The notes under the pieces were generated by a model. It saw nothing but the letters and a program-made list of their open reading frames with translations. It did no database searches and was not told where the DNA came from. From Octopus bimaculoides (lineage: Eukaryota), in the NCBI RefSeq assembly GCF_001194135.2, contig NC_069000.1:40877332-40941331 (forward strand): 64,000 nt of DNA, written 5' to 3'. The position numbers and the translations under genes are program-made. Below, piece by piece: positions 1 through 11,227 of the stretch. Position 1 is the stretch's first letter; the number at the start of each line of letters is the position of its first letter.

Positions 1-551
1 GCTTTTGGATAAGCTTGGTGACATTTCACTGCCCTTGCAGTTTGGCTAAGAAAAAGACCCCCAATCCTACCCATAGTTGCTAGCATCACCTCCATTACCA
101 TCCCCAACAGTACATCTGCTACTTCTTCCTTTAATAAGTTCCTGGCCAAAAATACATCATCACATCACCAACAAACGAATTAAATATGTAAACAAGAAAA
201 AGCTTGAGAAGAGGACAAGTAAACACAGAAAAAGGACCCTTCATCAGTTGTCGGCTGTCTATCTACTTCTCATTTCAAGCCCTAAATTCAATTTTAGAAT
301 TTATGGGAGCAACAGTCTTTGAAGACTCATAAAGTTGTCATTGAATGCTCAAAATGAAGAACAGATAGACAGCCGACAACCGATGAAGGGTTCTTTCTCT
401 GTGTTTACTTGTCCTGTTCTCCATTTTTTTCTCGTTTACGTATTTCATGTTGTTTGAACCGTTGGTGACGTCCTGTACCCATATATGCAGGGATTTTATG
501 GCTGGATGCCCTCCCTAACACCAATCACTCTGCAGAGTGGTCTACACACAC

Positions 552-696
552 ATCATCATCATCGTTTAACGTCCGCATTCCATGCTAGCATGGGTTGGAC
601 GACTTCACTGAGGACTGGTGAAACCGGATGGCAACACCAGGCTCCAATCTAAATTTGGCAGAGTTTCTACAGCTGGATGCCCATCCTAACGCCAAC

Positions 697-700
<4 letters not shown>
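552..700 (-). mobile_element. 3' end of an RTE-type retroposon with (GAT)n tail (copies near 5700..5862 and 14930..15275)
   Basis: The sequence catcatcatcatcgtttaacgtccgc...ccatgctagcatgggttggac...gctggatgccc(t/a)tcctaac recurs three times in the window. The RTE assignment is inferred from the tail type. Confidence 0.55.
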
Positions 701-743
<43 letters not shown>

Positions 744-2522
744 ACTATATAAAGTGGGGAGGCATTTAGTAGTCTACTTGACACTCAAGAATTAGTCACT
801 AAATCCCCACTTACATAGCACTGCATTGTCCTGAAAAAGAGAACAAGTTGGACAAGATATTCCAAGACAAGCCTAAAAAGATAGGAGGGTTGTGGGGGTC
901 GTGTCTGGAATGCCTCTGAACATAGGTCCGCTTGATCAAGGGTAACCAGAGTTAGACTACAATAACAACGACAAATATGTGTGTGTATATACACACGTGG
1001 CTGTGTGATTAAGAAGTTCAAGGCACTTTGGGCAAGTGTCTCTTCTTTAACTATAGCTATGGGACGATCAAAGCCTTGTAAATGAAGCTGGTAGAAGGAA
1101 ACTGAAAAACGAAATATCGTCCACAGTATGTGCGCGCGCGCGTGCGCGAATGTCCGTAAACAAACACCACCACCATACAGACGGTGTTAGCAATTTTTTT
1201 AAGGAAACATGCACAGTCTTGGGGAAATTGTAACCTTGCTCAGGAAAAGGAAAAGGATTGACGACAGGAAGAACTTCTGACCACAGAAAATTTCAATGAA
1301 TTTCTTTTGATCTATACAAGCATAGGAAATTGAATATTAAATCGATAATAACGATGGTTATATATATATACATATATATATAATGTTTTGATTTTGTCGA
1401 GTTATATCGAAGGAATGGCTATATATTTTTATATATATATATATACATATATTCTTTATAGTTACACTCACATATAATAAACACGTCTACTTGCATACAC
1501 ACACGTGCGTGTACCTACATAACATACATCGAACGGCGTTCTTTCGTTTTGGCCCGCAGAATGGTTCGAACCAACGGAGAAGCCTTCTTGCAGTCGATCT
1601 AATAGTAAAGAAATGGCAGCTACATTCCCTTAAAATAGTACCCGATCGTCCTCAACAAGGAAAGTCACACTGGACAATCGTAGTCCAAGATACACTAAAA
1701 AAAGATAGAAAAGAAGGGTTTGTCATGGTTGAAATGCTCAATCGTCTCTGACCTGGAGCCCAGACAGCACCACATATACAAATACACTCATATCTATCTA
1801 TCTAACTGTCTATGTATCTATCTATGTGTCTATCTATCTATACACATAACACAAAGCGTAAACCTCTTCGGTGTCCCGAGAAAATAAATAGAAAGTACTT
1901 CGTATGTTGCGTGTTACTTCGATCATGTCTACATTAAAAAAAAAATTATTATAATAAATAAATAAATAAATAAATAAACAAAAAGAACAGAGGAAGTTCC
2001 GATTGCTTACCGTTATTTCTCTTTTCCTCAGTTTCATTTGAAAGACCAAATCGAGCAGAATATAAGAGTTTTAGAAGGAAGAAAACCGATGAATCTTGGA
2101 GGGAATATGAACATGGTGTAGAATTTTAGTCATCAGGATTAATTTCCATTGTAGAAACGTAGCAAAACAAGTAGGTAATTATATACAAATAATATAAATA
2201 CATATATACATACTTATACCGATACATATATAGTTCTGTGTGTGTGTGTGTGTGTGTATAAATATATTTGTATATATGTACATGTATGTATATATATTAT
2301 TATTATTGACTTCAATTATTGGCGTTTAACAAAGTACCATTAGTTGGGAATGAAGGGAGGTAACTGTGTCGGTTGAGGAGAATTTTACCTGCTTCCGGTC
2401 CGATTGTATTTGTCTCGTTTATTGTCTGTGTCTGTAAGTTAAATGCCAGAGGTATATGGCCTGTGACAACTTATCTTCTGTCGTCTGTAATTGCTAGTAA
2501 AGAGCTTGAGGTATACTCATTA

Positions 2523-2907
2523 GTGGAGGCGCAATGGCCCAGTGGTTAAAGCAAGCGGACTCGCGGCCATAGGATCGCGGTTTCGATTCCCAGACCGGGC
2601 GTTGTGAGTGTTTATTGAGCGAAAACACCTAAAGTTCTACGAGGCTCCGGCAGGAGATGGTGGCGAACCCTGCTGTATTCTTTCACCACAAATTTCTCTC
2701 ACTCTTACTTCTTTTATGTTGTGCCTGTAATTCAAACGGTCAGCCTTGTCACACTGTGTCACGCTGAATATCCCCTAGAACTACGTTAAGGGTACGCGTG
2801 TCTGTGGAGTGCTCAGCCACTTGCACGTTAATTTCACGAGCATGCTGTTCCGTTGATCGGATCAACTGGAACCCTCGACGTCGTAAGCGACGGAGTGCCA
2901 ACAACAC
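2523..2907 (+). mobile_element. tRNA-derived SINE (family A) with (CAA)n tail, full length, TSD ACTCATTA
   Basis: A box TGGCCCAGTGG and B box GGTTTCGATTCC. The TSD lies at 2515-2522 and 2908-2915. Homologous copies occur elsewhere in the window. Confidence 0.85.
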
Positions 2908-4678
2908 ACTCATTATTAGTTTGTTGTGCGTGATTGCGGTAAAGAACAAGAGCTTTATTCTCAGTTATTATATTTATTACGGCTAATTGCAGTAAAGAAC
3001 CAGGTGTATGGTCTCTGGCAACGTATTTATCATCTGTGATTGCAGTCGAGGACCAGATGTTACTACATGTCAACTTAACTTATTTATTGTCCGTGATTGC
3101 TAGTAAAGTGTCAGAGATCTATTCCCTGTTAATATATTTATTGCGTATGACTGCATTAAAGAATCAGAGGTATTCACCTTATTTGTTTGTGACTGTATTA
3201 AAGCGCCTGGGCTATACAAGCTGATTATTTATTGTCTATAATCGCAGTAAAAGGTCTAAGGTATGATCCTGTCGGTTGAGTTTCTTGTTTCTTGATGAAG
3301 TCATTTGCTTTCACTTACTCTATCAATGTCATCATAATTCATATGGACGTCTCCATATCATATGTATCTTATCTCATTGATGTAGACGGTGTGAAATATC
3401 AGTTGAGTTGCATTCAAGTCTTAGCAAAGTTGACTGTTTTTGTCACTGTGGCAACAATAAAATAAATCCATAAAATAAATGACTTATTAAGGACTAATCT
3501 GTTATATCGTCAAAGTGTATTTGGAGGTAGAAGTTTGTAGTTTGAACGAAAAAGAAAACAATAGTATTTTAATGGTCATTGTTTGCTAGAAATAGTGAGG
3601 GGTTTGGTTAAATTGCGGTTTTTTGTTTTGTTTCGAAAAACTTATTTTAATTTCTTGCTGTACAGTGGAATCCGGATGGATATAGAAAGAGGGGTAGGCC
3701 TAAGAACTCGTGGCGTAGATCAACACAAAAGGAACTAGAGAAAGGGGGACATTCATGGCAGAGTATAAGTACAGAAGCAAGAAATTAATAAATATTTATT
3801 ATTAATATTATTAATAATAATAATATCATTAATATTATTAATAATAACTTATTTAATAAATAAGTTAGTCAAAAAAGAAGTTTTCCAGATCTCAACGAAT
3901 TTCTAAAGTTGATATAGTTGATGTTCAGTTTGATTTTTTTATTATTGACATTGAGCAGGAAGGGAGTTCTTGGAAGTGAAGGAATTTTCTTTTTTGTTGC
4001 AGTTGTATAGATGAGATTCATTTGGGATGTTGAATGGAGAAAAGATGGCTTCAGATATCATTGGTTGAAAATGGATATCACTTTCATGTTTTGAGGAGCG
4101 GGAATTCTTGTAGTTAGGAAAGAAAAAATAAATATGCCAAAATCTATCAATAAGGTAGTGGCTGTCATTTTATTTATTTGTATGTTTATTTGTTAACTAG
4201 ATTTTTGAGTATTATTCTGATATGGGTCGTCTTTGTGTTTTATAAAGGATCAACAACTGTTTCCATCTACCAAATCCACTCAAGACTTGGTTTTTCACAA
4301 GCTGTATTATAAGAAGCTTGCTCAAAGTGCTAGGCAGTGGGATTGAACCTGACACCACATGGTTGGGAAGCAAGCTTCTTAACCACACAGGGACGTCTGT
4401 GCCTTTATATTAAAATTAAATAAAATAAAATTTAATTTAAAAATGTCAAAAACTTAAAAAGTTGTTACTGCAAGAGTTGGCCCTTCTCTCTCTAAATAAA
4501 AAAATAACCACAAAGACAAGAATTGTTGTAAAAGCTGTAGAAATCCATTCAGAATGCTTCATCTTTCTATTGTAAGAGATTTTACTTGATGTGTAGCCTC
4601 AAAGTTGGAATCGTTGCACCATGTAGAGAGAACCTAGTTCTAGTTACTCTAGTGTCTTCGTCTTTCATGAAACAACAA

Positions 4679-5006
4679 CAATGTAGTAGTTGTATGCTGT
4701 CAACTTAATGTGACAGTCCCCTGAAGGGAATAATACTACTGTTGGTTAGACCTAGGAAGCTGCACCACTTCCTGTCGGTCTTGACACATTTCCTGTGTCC
4801 TTATGTTTACAAGGGGGAGACAAGCACCTCTACCCAGCTAAGCCTGCATCCAGAGACATGTTTCTGAGTCTTTGCTCGTCATAAGGACACAGGAAATGTG
4901 TCGAGGCCAACAGGAAGCGGTGCAGCTTCCTCGGTCTAACCAACAGTAGTGTTATTCCCTTCAGGGGACTGTCACATTAAGTTGACAGCATACAACTACT
5001 TCATTG
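4679..5006. repeat. Fold-back element / MITE-like inverted repeat (about 127-bp arms, about 74-bp spacer)
   Basis: 4679-4805 is the reverse complement of 4880-5006, with 7 mismatches by manual alignment. Confidence 0.85.
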
Positions 5007-6443
5007 TATCACTACTGCATAAATCTCTCTGAGAGATTTAGAAATGTATTATTTCTAAACAGCAATGTAGTTCACAAATTTGATATGTTGTAGTATGTGT
5101 GCATTTTGCAGAATACAGAGAGAATATATCTCTATGATTTGAGGGGGAAATTACAATAAACACAAGTTCATATAATTTGTTCCGACGTATGTTTCACTGT
5201 TGTGGTTGTTTGGGACTCTGCATTTATTATATGTTCCAAGTGCAATTTGATGCTCAACCACAAGGGATCATTGGGGAATATCCCTACAATAATGTGTTCC
5301 CTTGACAAAAATTGCATTAGTTTTCTTTCTAGAAATTGATAAAATAATTTGGTGGAAATTTGAAAAACTTCAAATGGTTGAAAGAAACTTAATAAGATTC
5401 CAATAAGCTTGTAATTATGCACGGGAATTTTGTTGCTTGACAGTTGAGTGTAACATTACCTTGCTTAGAAGCAAGTAATGGTTGGTGACAGGATGGGTAC
5501 CCAACTAGTAAACTCAGGCTCAGTGAATTTCATCTGATTTATGCAAGCATGGACAAGTACGCATTAAAACGATAATAATGTATGTGTGTGTACTGATGTC
5601 AAGAATTTTATAAATGTTCAAGAAAGTGTGCTATAATCGTTTTTTGAAATAGTAAATCTTGAAGCACACACATAAAGCTTAAAAGAAATATAATAGCATC
5701 ACCATCATCATCATTTAATGTCCATCTTCCATGCATGCATGGGCAGGATAGCTGACAGGAACTGGCCAGGTAGAAAAACTACCCTAGGCTACTGTATCTG
5801 TTTTAGCAGGGATTTTACGGCTGGATGCCCTTCCTAACACTAACCACTCCACAGAGTGGACTCAATGTGAAGATATTAATTCAGATCTTACAGCTAGCCT
5901 TTGACTTTTGCTATCCAAAAGGGATTTTCGTACTCCAAAATATTCCAAAAAAGAATTATGTGTATGTATGTATGTTTGTGCATTTTTCCATTTCTGTCCT
6001 CTAACACGGTGGTTAAACAAACAGATATGAATAAAATAAATTCCAGACTTTAAGGACTGACTAAAGTCTTAGCATGGCTGCTTTCCAATGACTGAAACCA
6101 GTGAATGAATAAGTGAATATAGTTTGGAGCAAATTGCTGTAAACTTTTCAGCATTGTTAGTGAAAACTACAGTTGAAGGATTAAAGATGGCAAAATTGAA
6201 ATAATTGGAGTGCTATGGTAGGTGAGGAAGTCTAGCATTTTAAGTAGTAGTTTCAGGAAATGAAAAATTAGAACTTGCCTTTGTTAACACTGTACCCCAG
6301 TGTTTCTCAGCTGTTTGTAGCTCAGTGTGTGTCCCCTTTCACTAAATTACATTTTACAAACACCCCATTTCATATTTTGTAAAAGAAAATAACAGAACCC
6401 CCTCCCCCCTAGAATACTTTAATAATAATAATATATATATGTA

Positions 6444-6839
6444 GGTGTAGGAGTGGCTGTGTGGTAAGTAGCTTGCTTACCAACCACATGGTTCGGGGCT
6501 CAGTCCTACTGCGTGGCACCTTGGGCAAGTGACTTCTATAGCCTTGGGCCGACCAAAGCCTTGTGAGTGGATTTGGTAGATGGAAACTGAAAGAAGCCCG
6601 TCGTATATATGTATATATGTATGTGTGTGTATATGTTTGTGTGTGTGTGTTTATCCCCCCAACATCGCTTGACAACCGATGCTGGTGTGTTTACGTCTCC
6701 GTAACTTAGCGGTTCGGCTAAATAGACCGATAGAATAAGCACTAGGCTTACAAAGAATAAGTCCTGGGGTCGATTTACTCGACTAAAAAATGGTGGTGCT
6801 CCAGCATGGCCGCAGTCAAATGACTGAAACAAGTAAAAG

Positions 6840-6842
<3 letters not shown>
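6444..6842 (+). mobile_element. tRNA-like-headed SINE (family B: gtggctgtgtggtaagtagcttgc...gaaacaagtaaaag)
   Basis: Highly repeated in the window. Minus-strand copies lie at about 17035-17287, 30120-30490, 33080-33450, 34775-35520, 38650-38830 and 53140-53482, and a partial plus-strand copy at 13570-13715. Confidence 0.8.
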
Positions 6843-6874
<32 letters not shown>

Positions 6875-7605
6875 GATAAATAACTATGGTAAATAAATAC
6901 AGGGATAGATATACATATTTGTGTGTGTGTAGGCACACGTATCTTTTCTTAACCCTTTTGTTACCATATTTCTGTTGAGATGCTCTGTGTTTCTTTCAAT
7001 TACTTTAAATATAACAAAGAATTTAGTAAAATAACTTCGTTATCATTCAGCTAGTATTAGGAACATAAATTGCGACTAAGGTTTGGTGGAAGATTTTAAT
7101 TCAAAACTTACGGAAACAAGAATAGAAGAAGACTAGTTGGTTACGACTGGAACTCTATTTATCAGGGAATGCTGTGGGGCTCACCATTCATATCGTCCCA
7201 ACATTAGATACATGTTTTTGATTTATAGTGCAAGGGAGGTAATCCGTGTAACAACTCGGTTTCTTTAAACGTATTAACGTTATATTGTTATATGGTTTAT
7301 GTAAGCTGAGGATGTGTATAATAAATTTATATTCTTAGTATTAATACAGAAAGAAATTAGAATAAAGAAATATTTTGAAATTTAAATTTTAAGTCTTTCG
7401 TTCAAAGCAGTCATTAGAATCGTCATTCACAACATCACTGAAGTTCATTGCTAGATTTACAGTGGAAGGGAGGTAACCCCTGTAGTAACTCGGCTCCATT
7501 GAACGTATGAAAGTTATGAAGCGAATAAATTTCTGATCATAGACGTTCCAACCGTGGTCATCTCTTCTGTTTTTGATTAAGGACATTATAATTCAATGTG
7601 TTTTT

Positions 7606-8070
7606 GGTGATCTTTCGGTACTAGAATCCATAACTTCCGGTCGTTGTGCGCACGCATACTTGATTACATCATAGCATAGTGTTTAAAATCACGTGTGTGT
7701 ATTTATTTTTCTGAACAACATCGGCGATTTCCGTAAAAAAATTAAAAATTTTTTTTACATAAGGAGTTGGAGGGAAAAGAGGGTCTTTTGAAGTTGGCGT
7801 AAAAGCGAAAGAACTTCACATACACACCACACTTTCTGTCTCGCACGCCCCAACAAACACACACTGACACATGCCAACTTCAAAAGATTTTTCCTGATCA
7901 AATCGCGCTCTCCCTATCTCTTTCGCTTTTACGCCGACTTACGGAAATCGCCGATGTTATGCAGAAAATGAAATAAACTCACGTGGTTTCAAACACACTA
8001 TACGATAATATAATCAGTATGCGTGCGCACAACAACCAGAAGTTATGGGTTCTATTACCGAAAGATCGCC
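7606..8070. mobile_element. Non-autonomous DNA transposon (Merlin-like MITE), about 130-bp imperfect TIRs and 8-bp TSD GTGTTTTT
   Basis: The ends GGTGATCTTTCGGTA... and ...TACCGAAAGATCGCC are inverted. An identical 8-mer flanks at 7598-7605 and 8071-8078. The termini fit the Merlin GGNRM pattern. Confidence 0.75.
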
Positions 8071-8923
8071 GTGTTTTTATTGTTTCAAATTGATTTTGAT
8101 GGGATTTGTAAAAGATTTGCTATTTCACATGCTTCAGTCTCGCCTGGACTCAATCAAGGTCGCCTTTCAGTCAATGGGAAATAACTCCGCAGGCCTTGCG
8201 GCTATCATATAAAAAGGAAAAAAAAAAACAGTTTATGTTTTGTAACATCGTTTACAATTGTTTATCGATTGAAATGTTTTTTTCTTTTTGCTCGGATTTC
8301 CTTTGGATCCATCTATCAAAATAAAACTGGATATTGTGTACATATTTTGCAATAGTGTGATTAAAGGGCAATATCTAATGCTGGAGAGGTTAATAGGAAT
8401 GGCTGTGTGGTGAAGTAAGTCCGCGTTCCAAACATTTGGTTTCGTGTTCAGTCCTATTATATGCTGCCTTCGGCAAGTATCTTCCGCAATAACCCCAAGT
8501 TGATCGATACCCTGTGAGTGAACTTGATAGACGCCCGCATGTGTGTGTGTGTACACATAGAAACGCATATACGATGACAATGGCCGTCCATTCGTGACCG
8601 AGGAAAACTATCACTGACCTTTAGCAACATTGTGCACTCAAGACTACCTTATACTTTACACTTGCGGCTCCGTTTGTGACTAACGAGCCCTGCTCTTGAC
8701 AAACATACACGACTGCAAACATTGCAGACCAAGCTTTCCCCATACATTACACTAGCAGTGCATTTTCGAGCAGCATGCTTAAATTCTTCATGAAGAATAC
8801 GTGCTCTTTTAAAGGTGTCGACTCCCTCATTTACCTGTTTCCTCCATCCGTGGCGATGACAAGCCTAGCCTTCCAGTCAGCCTCCCGCATTTTTCAGGTC
8901 TTTAATGAAGCATTCACACAGAC

Positions 8924-9190
8924 CTAAAATGGCAGTCTTGGCTTCTGCCGGTGTTGCTTTCCACTAACAAGTTCCCCATATAGCATCTGTTTAGGGATCC
9001 TGTTATCATTCATTCTAACAAGGTGTCCAGTCCAACGTAACCGGTGTTTGTGCACCATCACCTCAATACTCAGGATATCGGTTTTCCTCAGGATCTGTGT
9101 ATCTGGAGATTTTAAGGTCCAGCCAACATTCAGAATGTGTCCCAGACATCTCTGATGGAAGCGTCCAAGGACCTTTACATGACATTTGTA
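8924..9190 (-). mobile_element. RTE-clade LINE, ORF2 C-terminal fragment
   Basis: The translation RFHQRCLxxIL...RLRWTGHLVRMNDNRIPKQMLYGEL..G...KPR is typical of the RTE C-terminal region. Confidence 0.85.
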
Positions 9191-9687
9191 AAAGGTCCAA
9201 GGCAAATTCGATTTCGGCGGAATTTGAACTCGGAACGTAAAGACAGGGGAAATACCATTAAGCGTTTTACCCATGAATACACATACAAGTTCACTGTCAA
9301 TTTCCCGCTAACTGATTGTTCAGTACATTACTTCGTCCGGATAAATTATCAGCGGGAACTTGAAATTCCTGGAGTCACATTGGTATAGTTCACTGCTATA
9401 CCACAGGTGGCGTTGTGTGCATCTGTGTTTACATTAATTTGTTAGTAACGATGGCAACAGTCTGAGAGATTTTCTTATTTAGATTAAAGTCACCCTTTGT
9501 TATTACGACTACAGGGCACTACAGCTGTAGTGTCAAACGTAAACACCAATCTTTATTAACTCAACGGGGCTACTGCAATTTCCCAACCACACCTTGCAAA
9601 ATGCATTTTATTGAAAAAATTTCTTCGGATGCTTAGTTTTTAGATGTCGGAGATTACCAATATGCAAAAAAAAAAAAAAAAAAAAAA

Positions 9688-10158
9688 NNNNNNNNNNNNN
9701 NNNNNNNNNNNNNNNNNNNNNNNNNNNNNNNNNNNNNNNNNNNNNNNNNNNNNNNNNNNNNNNNNNNNNNNNNNNNNNNNNNNNNNNNNNNNNNNNNNNN
9801 NNNNNNNNNNNNNNNNNNNNNNNNNNNNNNNNNNNNNNNNNNNNNNNNNNNNNNNNNNNNNNNNNNNNNNNNNNNNNNNNNNNNNNNNNNNNNNNNNNNN
9901 NNNNNNNNNNNNNNNNNNNNNNNNNNNNNNNNNNNNNNNNNNNNNNNNNNNNNNNNNNNNNNNNNNNNNNNNNNNNNNNNNNNNNNNNNNNNNNNNNNNN
10001 NNNNNNNNNNNNNNNNNNNNNNNNNNNNNNNNNNNNNNNNNNNNNNNNNNNNNNNNNNNNNNNNNNNNNNNNNNNNNNNNNNNNNNNNNNNNNNNNNNNN
10101 NNNNNNNNNNNNNNNNNNNNNNNNNNNNNNNNNNNNNNNNNNNNNNNNNNNNNNNNNN
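9688..10158. other. Assembly gap. Others lie at about 12178-12240, 22587-23189, 37668-38083, 38875-39739, 44423-44912, 48529-48671, 50697-50761, 52776-53017, 55834-56292 and 61128-61628
   Basis: Runs of N, mostly abutting microsatellites or SINEs. Confidence 0.99.
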
Positions 10159-10447
10159 TTATTGAGCGAAAACACCTAAAGCTCCACAAGGCTCCGGCAG
10201 GGGATGGTGGCGAACCCTACTGTACTCTTCCACCACAACTTTCTCTCACTCTTACTTTCTGTTTCTGTTGTACCTGTAATTCAAAGGGTCAGCCTTGTCA
10301 CACTGAATATCCCCGAGAACTACATGAAGGGTACACGTGTCTGTGGAGTGCTCAGCCACTTGCACGTTAATTTCACGAGCATGCTGTTCCGTTGATTGGA
10401 TCAACTGGAACCTTTGACGTTGAAAGCGACGGAGTGCCAACAACAAC
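10159..10447 (+). mobile_element. SINE family A, 3' part (5' end lost in gap)
   Basis: Aligns to 2610-2907 and ends in gtgccaacaacaac. Confidence 0.8.
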
Positions 10448-11012
10448 TTTGTAAGAACCAGAGACAGTTTCAGATTGGTTGGAAACAATGCATAAAAGGC
10501 CAGGGCAGATCCCCATTAGCTTCTTCAGTAGTTCTTCAATTTCAGGTTACATGTCTCTGCTTAGAGCACTGCTGTTGAGTGGTCTTTGTTGTCAGTTTGG
10601 ATGTAGATGTCTCCAAAATATAACATCTGATACTGCTTGTTCAGCAAAGACTAGTTTGCATTGAAGACACAGGTGGAATGTGCCCATAAATCTCTCCCCT
10701 TTATGATTTATGAGCCACTAAACTTACCAACTACCATGCACACTAATAAGGTTGCCAGAGAAAATAGGTTCCAATTAGTTCATGGTTTGCCTTCTGGGCA
10801 TCCCAGCTGAAATAATAAGCAATAATCAAATATGCAAACCAGTGCAGAAAATACCAAAAAGACCCTAACCCCATCACCATTACTATTCTCCCTTGAACCT
10901 TTGAAATATAACTCAAGGGAACTTTTATTTAAGAATAAATCCTTTGAAGCTGTAACTATTTCACTTATTTATACACATCTTGTCGAACCAGTTTGGTAAG
11001 AGATACAATCTA

Positions 11013-11227
11013 TGGGGTTGGTGCATAATTATTGCGGCAGTTTTTCATCAAATTTTATTCAACAAAAACAATAACATGTAACAAAAACATCTTTAAATGA
11101 TTATTCCGGAGAATATTCATCGTCTACTTCAATTATTGCTTGGCAGACGGTTAGACCATCATTTAAAAATGTTTTTATTGAATAAAATTTGTTGAAAAAA
11201 AGCAGCAATAATTATGCACCAACCTAA
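11013..11227. mobile_element. Internally deleted mariner / MITE with TA TSD and Hsmar1/MADE1-like TIRs
   Basis: TA|tggggttggtgcataattattgcggc ... gcagcaataattatgcaccaacctaa|TA, with further subterminal inverted matches. Confidence 0.8.

Noticed and set aside
2523-2600. tRNA-like sequences at SINE heads (also 22338, 42020, 49545-49616, 63855)
   Set aside because: A and B boxes are present, but there is no complete acceptor stem and each continues into a repeated SINE body, so they are not tRNA genes.
8100-8215. Possible snoRNA or other small RNA with a CCGCA-GGCCT-TGCGG hairpin
   Set aside because: No convincing C/D or H/ACA box arrangement and no recognisable family.
9608-10189. Long ORFs spanning N runs (also 22473-23319, 37500-39876, 44309-45157, 52619-53101, 55722-56381, 60965-61987)
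   Set aside because: They are open only because N codons contain no stops; the flanks translate microsatellites or SINEs.
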